Shown here piece after piece: positions 51,981 to 64,000 of a stretch of 64,000 nucleotides of DNA. Position 1 is the first letter of the stretch. Every line of letters begins with the position of its first letter. The translations under genes were made by a program, and so were the position numbers. Origin of the DNA: Amoebidium appalachense (taxonomy: Eukaryota; Protista; Ichthyosporea); NCBI GenBank assembly GCA_963693365.1, contig CAVNZM010000007.1:5267962-5331961 (forward strand), in the 5' to 3' direction. Under the pieces are notes generated by a model. It ran no database searches and was not told the origin of the DNA. It was given only the letters and a program-made list of their open reading frames with translations.

Positions 51981-52571
51981 ATGACATTTATTGCGATTGA
52001 GGAACTTTTCAGAGATATCAGACAGAGAATTTTGATGATACGAAACAGGCATCATCAAACAGCCACATTTGGATATACAAACCAGACTTTTATCAGTCAG
52101 CGAGGTTTGGATATACGAAAAAACAGACATATATCGGGATATATACACACAGCTGCAGGTTATGGCTTGCTTCACCGACACGTGCCATGCCGTATACAAC
52201 AGCAAAACCCTTTTTGTAGAATTTTCGCCCTACAACACTGTTTTTATCCTGATATGCACATGCACGTATACATATCTATCACTTGTCATCATTCAGGCCG
52301 CTATACACTGGTATACGTACGTAGATATACACTGGTTATATCTATCGTCCATCGTGGAATTGTACAGTTCATGGCCATAACCTCCAATGAAAAATACAGC
52401 GAACATCAATTACACAATGCTAGATATCCCCTTTTGTGGGTATGTACTTCTCATATCCCGGCCCGCCATTTTTATACTTGCGGCATAGGAACCATACAGA
52501 TTTCAAACCAGGGCATGGCCGACCCAATACTGAATTTATCCACACACGGTCCAATGAAAACGAAAGAATAA
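51981..52571 (+). CDS. Hypothetical intronless 196-aa protein
   Basis: Stop-free frame from ATG 51981 in AT-richer, microsatellite-free sequence; the stop overlaps AATAAA. No recognisable motif. Confidence 0.3.
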   Translation: MTFIAIEELFRDIRQRILMIRNRHHQTATFGYTNQTFISQRGLDIRKNRHISGYIHTAAGYGLLHRHVPCRIQQQNPFCRIFALQHCFYPDMHMHVYISITCHHSGRYTLVYVRRYTLVISIVHRGIVQFMAITSNEKYSEHQLHNARYPLLWVCTSHIPARHFYTCGIGTIQISNQGMADPILNLSTHGPMKTKE

Positions 52572-52756
52572 ATAATAAAGACAAATTAAATTTGAAATAC
52601 TTTTAGGTGCACAAGCAAATGCATGAGCTACAAATCAAGTACACTGTAGGGATAACTGGCCAAAAAATCAGGGTCGGTTATCGGGAAAGGAGAAGGCAAA
52701 AATCGATAGGCATGTGTGCGTGCGTGTGTGTGTGTGTGTGGTGGGGAAGCGGTGCT

Positions 52757-52801
<45 letters not shown>

Positions 52802-53137
52802 AACAAAAAATCCCCTGGAAAAAAAAACGGGGGAAAAGCGCCACTCGTGGTCACCTCCAGGCCGGGCCAGATAACCCCCCAAAACGAAGCCAGATTCTCC
52901 ATGTCACCGACCAATCAATCCTTCCTCTCTGCAACCAAACCACACATTAGCACTCCTGTCTCTGCTAGATCCCTACTATTATTTGTTGCCTCTACAATAA
53001 ATAACATCCCCCCCCCCCCCCCCCCCCAAAAAAAAAAAAAAAGAAAAAAAAACATCCTGCTCCCTCTTCCTTGCCCCAAGAGCATAATATGATCTTCACT
53101 CACACCACTACCAGCATCAACATACTGGAAATCCTCC

Positions 53138-53181
<44 letters not shown>

Positions 53182-53865
53182 GGGACCACCTCACCACCAA
53201 AAAGACACACAAACACCACACACGTCATGCGTCACACATAATCAATGGCACACAGGCACATATACACAAAAAAAAGGCACACACACAGGCACAAGCACAA
53301 TCACATATACACAAATTTAAACACACGCACAGGTGCCCCCCAACACGTGCCCATGCACCCACACACACATGCCATGCAAAGCATGAGTGTTGATACCCAT
53401 AGGCACTTTAAACGCATGGCCACACCTAATATAATCAAAATGCCCACCACATCGTATGTGCATAACTCTCGTCGCTCTCTCTCTCCCCCCCCCCCCCCCC
53501 TCCCCCCCCCCCCCCCCCCCCCCCCCCCCCTTCCGGAGAAGAAGCAGGGAGGGAGGGGGGATGGGTGGGGAGAGGGGGGGGGGAGGGTAGGCGGGGGGAG
53601 GGTAGGGAGGGGCGAGGAATGATGTGTGTGAGTGAGAGAGTGTGTGTGTGCGTGTGCGCGCACATTTCTTTTTCGTTTTGTGTGTGCAGGTGTGCGTGCA
53701 CCCGTGTGTGTGCTTTCTGGAAGAAACGGAGGGAGGGAGGAAGTCGGGCTGCAGAGGTTCCTACGTGTGTATACAAGGGGGAGGGAGGGAAGGGGGGGAT
53801 AAAGGAAAGGGGGAGGGGGGGGGGGGGGGGGGAGAGTGGAGAGGAAGTTACATGTGCTCAGTCCC

Positions 53866-53898
<33 letters not shown>

Positions 53899-54127
53899 GG
53901 GGAGGAATGGGTGGGAGGTAGAAACGATAAAGGGGCACCAAAAATAATTTTTGGAGCACCCAAAAGCGAGGGGAGGAGGAAAGGGCGAGGAGTGGGGAGG
54001 GGGGGGGGGAAGGGGGGGGGGGGGGGGGGGGGAGCCGAGGGGGACCGGGGGGAGGGGGGGGGGGGGGGGGGGGGAGATCGACAGACAGACGGAGAGAGAG
54101 AGAGAGAGAGGGGGGGGGGGGGGGGGG

Positions 54128-55746
54128 GTTTGAATGCGGAACACAGTACGAAGTACGCATACACGATGAGAAGCATGGTGCAGGACACATGCAAAGGCAA
54201 ACATTCAAGAATGCAGCATCAGCCATGCGCACAGTATGCGTCATAAGCAGAGCCCATCCTCAGGGAGGGCCCAAGTCATCAATTGCGTCTGAGTTTCGAC
54301 CCCTTAGCCCGCGTATATACGACGCTCCAACTCAGACAGCAGCATCAACTGAACTTGGGTGGGTCAACCCGTCTTGATCAAAGACGAGCAGGGTTGCTTA
54401 TGCAAGCAAGGTGAGCAAAACGGTGAAGATGTATGTGCAAACTAATGCAGTGCAGCGACAAACGCGTATGTGCTTACAGATGCACGACACAGAGCAACCA
54501 TGCCCGGTTGCATGGAAGTAAAGATGTCTCCACACAGTGGTCTGTCCTGAAAGGACACCTCTGAAAGAAGACAGGGGGGGTTTTGAATGCGGAACACAGT
54601 ACGAAGTACGCATACACGATGAGAAGCATGGTGCAGGACACATGCAAAGGCAAACATTCAAGAATGCAGCATCAGCCATGCGCACAGTATGCGTCATAAG
54701 CAGAGCCCATCCTCAGGGAGGGCCCAAGTCATCAATTGCGTCTGAGTTTCGACCCCTTAGCCCGCGTATATACGACGCTCCAACTCAGACAGCAGCATCA
54801 ACTGAACTTGGGTGGGGGGGGGGGGGGGGGGGGGGGGAGAGAGAAATAGAGAGAGTGTGTGTGTGTATGTGTGTGTGTGAAAAAAAAGGAGAGAGGGAGT
54901 GAGAGCTTCATCCGGTCAAAGATCCAAACTATCTACATCACAAACAATTTCTGTACATTAAATTTCGCACATGTTTTGTGTGTATGTGTGTGTGGGAGGG
55001 GGGGGGGGGGGGGGGGGGTTTGAATGCGGAACACGGTACTAAGTACGCATACACGACGAGAAGCATGGTGCAGGACACATGCAAAGGCAAAGGGGGGGGG
55101 GGGGGGGGGGGGGGGGGGAACAGTCGATGTGACTGGGGGCAGATGAACAAGTTTAAATGCGGAAACAGGGAACCCAGATGAACCAATCAAAACCCACCTT
55201 TCAGCACCCACCGCCTTACGTAAGGGGTGAAGGCACGCTCCATTGCATAGTCGACGGAACGATCGATTGGGTGGATGATGAAGGGGATGGCGGCAAGGCC
55301 GATGGCAGTCTGTGTGTGTGTGTGTGTGTGTGTATTTGTGAATGTGTGTGGTGTACTTGTGTGTGTGTGTGTGTGTGTGTGTGCGTGCGTGTGTGTGTGT
55401 GGATGTGTGTGTGGATGTGTGTGTCGGTGTGTGTGTGTGTATGTGTGTGTCGGTGTGTGTGTGTATATATGTGGGTGCATTTTTACGTGCAAGTGTGTGT
55501 GTGCAAGAGAAGGTGTGTGTGTACGTGGCGTGTGTGTACTTGTGTGCGTGTGTATTTTGGTGAGTGTGTAAGCAAGTGTGGACGTGCGAGCGTGTGTACA
55601 TATGTGTGCGCAAATAAGAACTGCAGTGATTGTATGTGCATACCTGTATGTGTGCAGGTGTGCACGGTGTGTCTAGAATATATATATATTCCTACTTTCT
55701 TTATTGTTTTATAATATATATATGGACGTGGTGGCGGCGGTGGTGG

Positions 55747-55810
<64 letters not shown>

Positions 55811-56662
55811 TGTTTGTGTGTGTGGAAGGGGGAGGGGAAGTAGTTTGCATAAGATGAAGGGTGGGTCTGAGAATGCAGCTCCCAGTAAGTACAAATACTT
55901 CGCGCACGGTAAGCTGCAGGAGAAGAGGGAAGAGAAAGGAGGAAAGGGGGAGGGGGGGCAGGATACATCAGCGGGTGTAAAACCATACATCTGTAAGGAA
56001 GAGCAGTCACGGTGGACACAAGAGAGGAGGGAAGGGGGGGGGGGGGGGGGGGGGGGGAGGAAGAGGGGGACGTATCTTCCACACAATGAGTGGAGTTAGA
56101 GGGGGGGAAGGGGGAGGGGGGAGGGGGGAGGGCCGGGGGACAGAAGGAAGGTGGTGAGTCTTGAAAATTTGGTGGGTGGGGACAAGGACGGAGGGCAAAC
56201 GGGAAGGGGAGGGAAGGGGCCGAGGGGGAGGGGGGGGGGGGGGGGTTTGAATGCGGAAAACGGTACGAAGTACGCATACACGACGAGAAGCATGGTGCAG
56301 GACACATGCAAAGGCAAACATTCAAGTATGCAACATCAGCCATGTGCACAGTATGCGTCATAAGCAGAGCCCATCCTCAGGGAGGACCCAAGTCATCAAT
56401 TGCGTCTGAGTTTCGACCCCTTAGCCCGCGTATATACGACGCTCCAACTCAGACAGCAGCATCAACTGAACTTGGGCGGGTCAACCCGTCTTGATCAAAG
56501 ACGAGCAGGGTTGCTTATGCAAGCAATGTGAGCAAAACGGTGCAGATGTGTGTGCAAACTAATGCAGTGCAGCGAAAAATGCGTATGTGCTTACAGATGC
56601 ACGACACAGAGCAACCATGCCCGGTTGCATGGAAGTAAAGCGGTCTCCACACAGTGGTCTGT
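54128..56662. repeat. Three near-identical copies of a ~420-bp unit (54128-54545, 54582-54813 partial, 56246-56662)
   Basis: The 130-bp repeat followed by cctcagggagg(g/a)cccaagtcatcaattgcg...ctccacacagtggtctgt. Confidence 0.92.
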
Positions 56663-56811
56663 GGGGGGGGGGGGGGGGGGAGGGGGTTGAATGCAGTAGG
56701 GTACAAAGTACTCACGATGGACAACATAAGACAAATTTTGCAAAGCACACAAACGATATGCATCATGGGTAGAGCCCATTCCTCTCCCGAAACGGTGGAG
56801 GCTGTGGGGAA

Positions 56812-56847
<36 letters not shown>

Positions 56848-57019
56848 GGGGGGGGGGGAGGGAGGGGAGAGGGGGGGGGGGGGGGGTGGGGTTGTTACCG
56901 TGATTGATTTTTGAAGGGGGAGGGGCACCCTTTGCAGGTAGCGGGCTTGTGTCCATGCGGTGGTGGCACACAGACGATTGATCACAAACCCGGGGATGAT
57001 CACAGAGGCAAAGGCCTAG

Positions 57020-57114
<95 letters not shown>

Positions 57115-57623
57115 GTGTGTGTTTGTGTATGAGTGGGTGAGTGAGTGAGTGAGTGTAGTGCATGTATGTGTATCACACGGGCATGTACGTGCAAGCGCGT
57201 GTGAGAAAAGTAAAAGTGCAAGTGTGTTGGGCATCTATAAATACGATTATATGTGTTAAACCACACAATTCTAAAAGATCTATAACTGAAGTGCATCTAT
57301 AAATACGTTTATATGTGTTAAACCATACAATTCTAAAAGATCTATAACTGAAGTGGTGAATGTGTGTCCGTACGTATGTGCAAGTGACAACGTGTGTACA
57401 TGTGTGCAAAGCGCGCCGTGCAGGCGGGTGGGGAGGGAACGAGGGGAGGCGGGGGGGGGGGGGTTTGTTACAGAGTATATGATATAGACATTCACGACAG
57501 AAGACACAACACAATTTTTGCACAGCACACAAAAAGTGTGTGCATGGTGAGCAGAGCCCATCCGCCAGGGCAGAGAGAGAGGGGGGTGAGGGGGGGAGTG
57601 GTGGTGGTGGTGGTGGTGGTGGT

Positions 57624-57656
<33 letters not shown>

Positions 57657-57925
57657 GCAATTCACACACTAAATATGGGGGCTTCGATTCATCCACCTCG
57701 CGCTTAAACCACCGGGGGGGGAGGAGGGGAGGGGGGGGGGGGGGGGGAGGGGGGACGGGGAGTGTATGTTCGGATTCTGGGAGAGTGAAAATGTGCTGGG
57801 AGTGTGTGGCAGGCACTTATGCAGGGCAGACCAGCAAATGTAATGTTATGTGTAACGAAGAAACAAGAGAAAGGCAAAAAGCACCAAGTCTGGTGTACAA
57901 TGAATCAGTAAAAAGGGAGGCTGCG

Positions 57926-57999
<74 letters not shown>

Positions 58000-58221
58000 G
58001 AATGAGGAGGAAGGGGAGGGGATAGGGGGGGGGGGGGGGGGGGGGGAAGGGGGGGGGGGGGGGAGGGGGGGGGGGGGAGAATGAGGAGGAAGGGGAGGGG
58101 ATAGGGGGGGGGAGGGGGGGGGGGGGGGGGGGGGGGGGCGCCTCTAATACCTGCCAGACACCCGTCTCTGCAACTGCCAAAATGGTGTGTTTCCTTCGCT
58201 CCTCCAGCGTTTCTTTTTCCG

Positions 58222-58278
<57 letters not shown>

Positions 58279-58628
58279 GGGGGGGGGGGGGGGGGGGGGG
58301 GTTTGAATGCGGAACACGGTACGAAGTACGCATACACGAAGGACACATGCAAAGGCAAACATTCAAGTATGCAACATAGGGTGTCAGAGTGTATACTTGG
58401 CTTTATTTTTGCAAAATCATTGGATTTGTAAGTCAGCACCACTGTAAAAACAGTCACCATTCATCCTTTTATGTGTCTTTGTTCTGGATCATTCAACTCC
58501 TCCCTTGTTACCCCACTTGTCTCACCCATATTACATATATCTTCCCCCCCCCCCCCCCCCCCCCCCCCCCAAACCTCCTTCCCCCCCCCCTTCAATGTAG
58601 AAAAACACACACACACACACACACATAG

Positions 58629-58694
<66 letters not shown>

Positions 58695-59178
58695 CCACAC
58701 ATAAAAAAACAGAAATGTTGCAAGCTTCTTAGCCTCTAACTGTTACAATGCCTGCGATGCCCCCTACCCTCCCGCCTACCCCCTATCCCCCATTCCCACC
58801 TCCCCACCCCACCTACCCACTTCCGCCTCAATGCTCCCCCCTCCCCTCCCCCTCTCCCCCCTCTGCTAAAAAAAAAAAACGGAGGGCGGGAGGGAGGGAG
58901 GGGAAGGGGGGGGGGGGGAGGAGCAAAAAAGACCACACATGCAGAGAACACCACCATCATCCCCCCCCCTCCCCCCCTCTCCCCCCTCCACACACACAGA
59001 CACACACACACGAAAAAAAAATAAAAAAAAATAAAAAAATCGTTTGTTCCTGCCCCCTTTGCCGTTGCAGCGGGGAAAAAAGAACAGCCAGCAAGCAAAA
59101 AAGGCACAGTCTCAGGGTTAGTGCAAAAAGTTTGTGTGTGTGCGTGTGTGCCTGTGGGTGGGTATGTCTGTAGTGGGG

Positions 59179-59213
<35 letters not shown>

Positions 59214-59302
59214 CGGGGACGGGGGGGGGAGGGGCGGGGAGGGGGGGAGGGGGGATGCAAAAGAAAGCTAAACACATTCCCGATTGTTCTCATTTTATGT
59301 GG

Positions 59303-59372
<70 letters not shown>

Positions 59373-59849
59373 GTGTGTGTGTGGGTGTTGCGTGTACTCT
59401 GAATCGGAGGGGAGAGGGGCAGAAAACGCAAGCAAAGATGCAAGAGACATATATTGCCGCTTGTACTCGGTTAAACTGGGCTGGTAAAAAGGGAAGGGGG
59501 GGGGGGGGGGGGAGCGGGTACTAGAGTTATGAGGGGAGGAGGAGGGGGGTGGGTGCCGGGGGGGGTGGGGGGGGGGGGGGGCAGGGGGGGAAAAGATACT
59601 AAATTTCAGAGTACGTAGTGCAACTTCACGACAAATAAAACGACATAAACAAGACCACTTGCGCAGAAAAGTGCACACCGCAATAGAGTATGCGGAAATG
59701 AAAAGAGGTAGAGTAGTATGTATGTGTTACAAGTTCGGAAGAACAAACTGCAAGCTTACGACAAACAGCACAAGCCATTGCAAGCACACACAAAAAGAGT
59801 ATTCATCACAAGCAAAGCCAATCCTTGGCGGCGGCGGCGGTGGCGGCGG

Positions 59850-59890
<41 letters not shown>

Positions 59891-60264
59891 CTGAATACGT
59901 ACATGATAAGCGCGGGTGCCCTTATCTACGGCATCAGCCACCACGTATCCCGAGGCAACAACGTACGAGCCATAATAGGCCTGCCGAGGTATAAACGCCT
60001 TGAAAGACTCTCCAAGCTCGTTGGCGTAGCCTTTAAAAAAAAAAAAAAAAAAAAAAAAAAGGAAAAGAGAACGGGTGAGGGAGGGAAATGCTGCTGTCTT
60101 AGAACATCCTTGATGCAAGGAATGAAATGGGGTAAGGAAGTGTGTGTGTTATGAAGTGTGTGTGTGTGTTTGTGTGTGCGTGTGCTGCGCGCGCGCACGT
60201 GTGTGTGTGTGTGTGTGTGAGTGTGAGCATGTGCATCTGTGCGTGTGTGTGTACGGTGCAGGGG

Positions 60265-60303
<39 letters not shown>

Positions 60304-60763
60304 ATGTGTGTGTGTGGAGGTGTGAATGCCCTGTGTCTCTCTCGGCACCATTAAGCAGTCTTCCCACTTCACATGTGCAGTATGAAACGATGCTGCTCGT
60401 ACGTGAAAAAACCCAAAATATTGGCTCTGTGCATACCAAATCCAAAGCCAAGGCACACACGAATACCAGAAAATAGGTGGGGGGAGAGGGAGAGGGGAGG
60501 AGGGGGGAGGGGGGAGGGGGAGTGGTAGTAATGAGTAGGTGGGTAGGTGTGTCTCAAGAGGGGGAAGGGGGAGGGGGGGGGGGGGGGGGGAGGGGGGGGG
60601 AACCAACGACCAACCCAAAAGACAACTGTGAAAGAGAGCGCGTATACTAACCATTCGTTTTTCAAAAAATCAGGACACTCCTTTCTTCACCTTCCCCATC
60701 TTCCTCTATGAAGATGGGGAAGGTGGTGCCGGCCTTTGTGTGCGTGTGTGTGTGTGTGTGTGT

Positions 60764-60804
<41 letters not shown>

Positions 60805-61145
60805 TCACCGAGGTATCGCACCCAGGAATCCCTCATTATATCGAATTCGTGATCTGTGTTTTAGGAAATTGAGTGAGTAAGGAACGGAAGGGAGGCGTGA
60901 GCGGCACTGGTTATTGCAGAAAACCACACTTGTACAGGGATAAGGAAAAGACACGCACAATTGTAGAAAGATCACGCTATGAAAGGTGTAGTTGCGCAAT
61001 GACCGCCTTTGCGTTCGCAACTAAGATGAACTGTGAATTAGTTTCTGAGAGTGAGGGACGGGGGGACCGGAGGTATATGCATCTGCCTGTGTGCACGTGT
61101 GTGTGTATGTGTGCGTGTGTGTGTGCCAGCTCGTGTCTGTCTGTC

Positions 61146-61210
<65 letters not shown>

Positions 61211-61305
61211 ATTTGTGAATACGGAACCTCTTGAAGGTTAGAGCGGGTCTGGATGGGTGGATGGGTGGGGATCGGGCACAAACGGGGGGAGTTTTTTTTT
61301 TTTTT

Positions 61306-61336
<31 letters not shown>

Positions 61337-62067
61337 GTTGGCTGTGGCAGGGGAGGTGTTTACTACGTTTTAAGCTTCTACCGCACCCCCACCGGTACAG
61401 ACACAGTGCAAGGATTATATGAGCCGTTGTATGGCAGAGTGAGAAGAAGAAGTTCTCAAGCGAGTTGCTCTACCCCCCAGGAAAATAGAAGGTGTAATTT
61501 TCAATGAGGGGAAGACGCCGTGCATAGGGGAGAGGGGGGGGGGGGGGGGGGGGGGGCGGATAGGGAGGGGGGAGGAAGGAGGAGGAGCAGAAAAAGGAGT
61601 TGTGTGTATTTGTTTTCAAGAGTAATAGGTGAATACCTCACAGCAGAAGGGGGGAGGGGGGGGGGGGGGGGGGGGGGGGACCGGGGGACGGGGGGGGGGC
61701 ATAAGGGGTTGGTTGGGTGAAGAGTGTACGGAATGGAAGGGAGGGAGAGGAGGGGGGGAGAGATAAAGGGGTTGGGGGTTTTGGGGGGGGGGGGGGGGGG
61801 GGAAGGGATGGGAGTCCCAGAGAGGAAAAAAGCACGGCAGGGGTCAAGTACCGTAGATTCGATTAAGGGTCAAGATAGGGCTAGGGGAGAAGAAAGTGGC
61901 CAAGCTCTAGGGGGGGGGAAAGGGGGAAGGGGGAAGGGGGGGGGGGGGGGGGGGGGGTTGTTAGGTTGCTTCAACAGAAGGGGAACGTCTTGAATGAGAC
62001 GTAATAAATAAACTGAAGAAACGAATCCAGAGGATGAGGTGGTGGTTGTGGGAATGCGGGAGGACCG

Positions 62068-62118
<51 letters not shown>

Positions 62119-62228
62119 AGGGGCCGACGGAAAGCAGAGCTCGTAGCTCAAAACATAAGCTACCGACCATTTTTGTGACCCGCTCCAGCGCCAGTTGGGT
62201 TCTCGATGTTTTCTCCCGTTCCAGCCAT
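55187..62228 (-). CDS. MTFP1: Mitochondrial fission process protein 1 (MTP18)
   Basis: Exons 62228-62168 (least certain), 60853-60809, 60030-59903, 58225-58151, 57015-56899, 55309-55187. Family motifs DIMRDSWVRYLGYANELGESFK, YVVADAVDKG, VWQAFASVIIPGFVINR, TTAIGLAAIPFIIHPIDRSVD. Confidence 0.95.
57231..57354. repeat. 62-bp tandem duplication in an MTFP1 intron
   Basis: gcatctataaatacg...gatctataactgaagt twice, two mismatches. Confidence 0.92.
60688..60725. repeat. Perfect 16-bp-stem hairpin in MTFP1 intron 2
   Basis: caccttccccatcttc-ctctat-gaagatggggaaggtg. Confidence 0.93.
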
Positions 62229-63320
62229 CTTGCCACCGGAAGTTCACCACAAGAGATTATGGCCTTATGTTATTTGTAAAAAGGATATCAGAGTTCCTTC
62301 AGTAAAAACGAACGAAAAGTTGACCAGAAAGCTAAGGTATCGACAAAAAAGAGAAAAGACACCTTCTCATGTAACATGTACAATGTATGCCGCGGTCAAA
62401 CCACACACTGCCAAGACTTGCCAAGAAGCGAGAGCAGTCACACTTTCACAGCCAGCATGCTGCCCGCACGCGTATTACGAATTTTGGCGCCTTTTTGAAT
62501 TGATGGCCACTGGTGATTGGTTAAGAAAGGAAAGGGGTGCAAAAACGGCACACAACTTAGCGGATAGTATTTCAGCACATAATAGCCTAATTTGACCAAT
62601 CGCCAGCTTCCCCATAATATACTCTATTTACATTGAAGAAAAAAAAACACAAAGAAGCTTTCTGATAGTGTCTAAGAGAAGGAAAGCAAGAGCCGACAGC
62701 GTGGATCTGTGCAGGCACATTACAGCCTGCTCGGTGAAAAGTGGGTAGTACCAAAGCCAATATATATTTTAAATCAGTCAGTTTAATTGCAACTAAAATG
62801 TTAAATGTCTTTCTGAACGCACCCAAACGTGATAAAGTCATGCTAAATAGATGGTAGGGCACCCATCGCGGTAACGCCGTCACAACGCCAACGGTCCGTT
62901 TCTTCGTTGATGTATTCAAAGTTTAAAAAAAAAACGTTCGTTTTGAAGTGCGGGTGCTTGCTAGGATTCGGATGTTTATCGCATTGTCTTTACCTGTAGC
63001 TCTATTTCTATATTATTACTTGTAACACTTATCTAAACTTACGTTTCAGTCACCCCTTTCTTGTGGTCTTATCTCACAGTTTGTCCACCTGGTTTTTCTG
63101 TAAAGCGGATGTTCTTTCAACTAGTTCTAGTACTGTTTTTCTTGCTTTACTCAATAGCATACCTTTTCGCGTTCATCATTTTCACTACTGTTATTTATCG
63201 CGCTCCCGTTATTCATCCTTACACTTCATACCCCTTTTTCTTCTAGATTGACTCACTAGTTTTCTGAAACCCCCCGTTTCATCCACCCTCTAATCATAAT
63301 TCGCCCGTTTCTCTTCAGCC

Positions 63321-64000
63321 ATGAAGCCAGCTCAGAAGAAGAGGGCGTGTGCAATTGCCCAGAGGAGGGCCCAAGTAACACGGTCACCCAGAAAACAGAA
63401 AAATGAGCCACAGACAGATTACACAAAGACCCTTCCAGATGAGCTTTTGACCCTTGCATTCGGCCACCTTAGTCTCAAGGATAGGGGAAGTGTTTCTTTG
63501 GTGTGTAAACGTTGGTCAAAGTGCGTGCGACAAACGCCTTTCCACGGTGAGCTGACGTGTAGCTTCACACCCGGAACAGTAAAGGAAAAGATAGCGGGGT
63601 TTTCCAAGTGGGCAAACAGCGTCACGGTTATGTCTCTCGTCATCGGAGAAGGGGTTGACAAGGACATTGTAGGCGCACACAGGCACATTAACTCTGCCCT
63701 CGCGTCTGCGAGCCTACTGCACACTCTTCTAGTTGAGTGGAGGGGAAAATCTTCCACCACGGGATTGTCTTTCCTGCGCAACCTGTCCCACATTCGCTGC
63801 CTTAAGCTGTCGGGTGTTCCGGGCAAGGGTGCACACCTGGAAACCCTCGCCGGGTGCAAGAATATCGAAAAAGTCGACATTTTGAGCCACGAAACGAACA
63901 GCCAGGTGAAGCTCACCGGTTTAAAATCGCTACACAAGCTAAAGGAGTTCCGCTGGCAGGGTGTCCGTGTTCCGCACAAAGATTTCCTCAAGCCCCTAGC
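63321..64000 (+). CDS. F-box/LRR-like protein, runs off the window (absent from the ORF track)
   Basis: Open frame from ATG 63321. F-box LPDELLTLAFGHLSLKDRGSVSLVCKRWSKCV, then LRR-like segments FLRNLSHIRCLKLSG, LAGCKNIEKVDI, LKSLHKLKEFRW. Confidence 0.9.
   Translation, partial: MKPAQKKRACAIAQRRAQVTRSPRKQKNEPQTDYTKTLPDELLTLAFGHLSLKDRGSVSLVCKRWSKCVRQTPFHGELTCSFTPGTVKEKIAGFSKWANSVTVMSLVIGEGVDKDIVGAHRHINSALASASLLHTLLVEWRGKSSTTGLSFLRNLSHIRCLKLSGVPGKGAHLETLAGCKNIEKVDILSHETNSQVKLTGLKSLHKLKEFRWQGVRVPHKDFLKPL

Noticed and set aside
63419-63991. 190-aa minus-strand ORF
   Set aside because: Antisense shadow of the plus-strand F-box/LRR gene.

Overview
Intron-rich eukaryotic DNA, probably from a unicellular opisthokont (inference). 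Introns and intergenic DNA are full of poly-G/poly-C, (CA)n and (CT)n tracts, so most ORF-track entries are noise and the real genes had to be spliced by hand. Host genes: a 13-exon class C GPCR with an extracellular Cache domain (GPR158/179-like, minus, 11604-23786); a SAM-like plus C2H2 zinc-finger protein (plus, 46468-50895); MTFP1/MTP18 (minus, 55187-62228); and an F-box/LRR gene missed by the ORF track (plus, 63321 to window end). The main feature is an apparently complete 11 kb MULE-like DNA transposon (30575-41623). It has degenerate 23-bp termini and a 10-bp TSD with one mismatch. Its ~1538-aa, 6-exon transposase carries a WRN-type DEDDy 3'-5' exonuclease with intact motifs inserted inside the DDE core, and there is a small convergent spliced second gene. 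A near-identical truncated copy lies at 3855-7542. The element sits inside a head-to-tail dimer of non-LTR retrotransposon 3' ends. Also present: a second LINE family (two copies), a truncated Tc1/mariner-like transposase, several hairpins and a G-run-associated ~130-bp dispersed repeat. Four +1 frameshifts all fall in G/C homopolymers and are probably assembly errors. All family calls come from motif recognition, not database searches.
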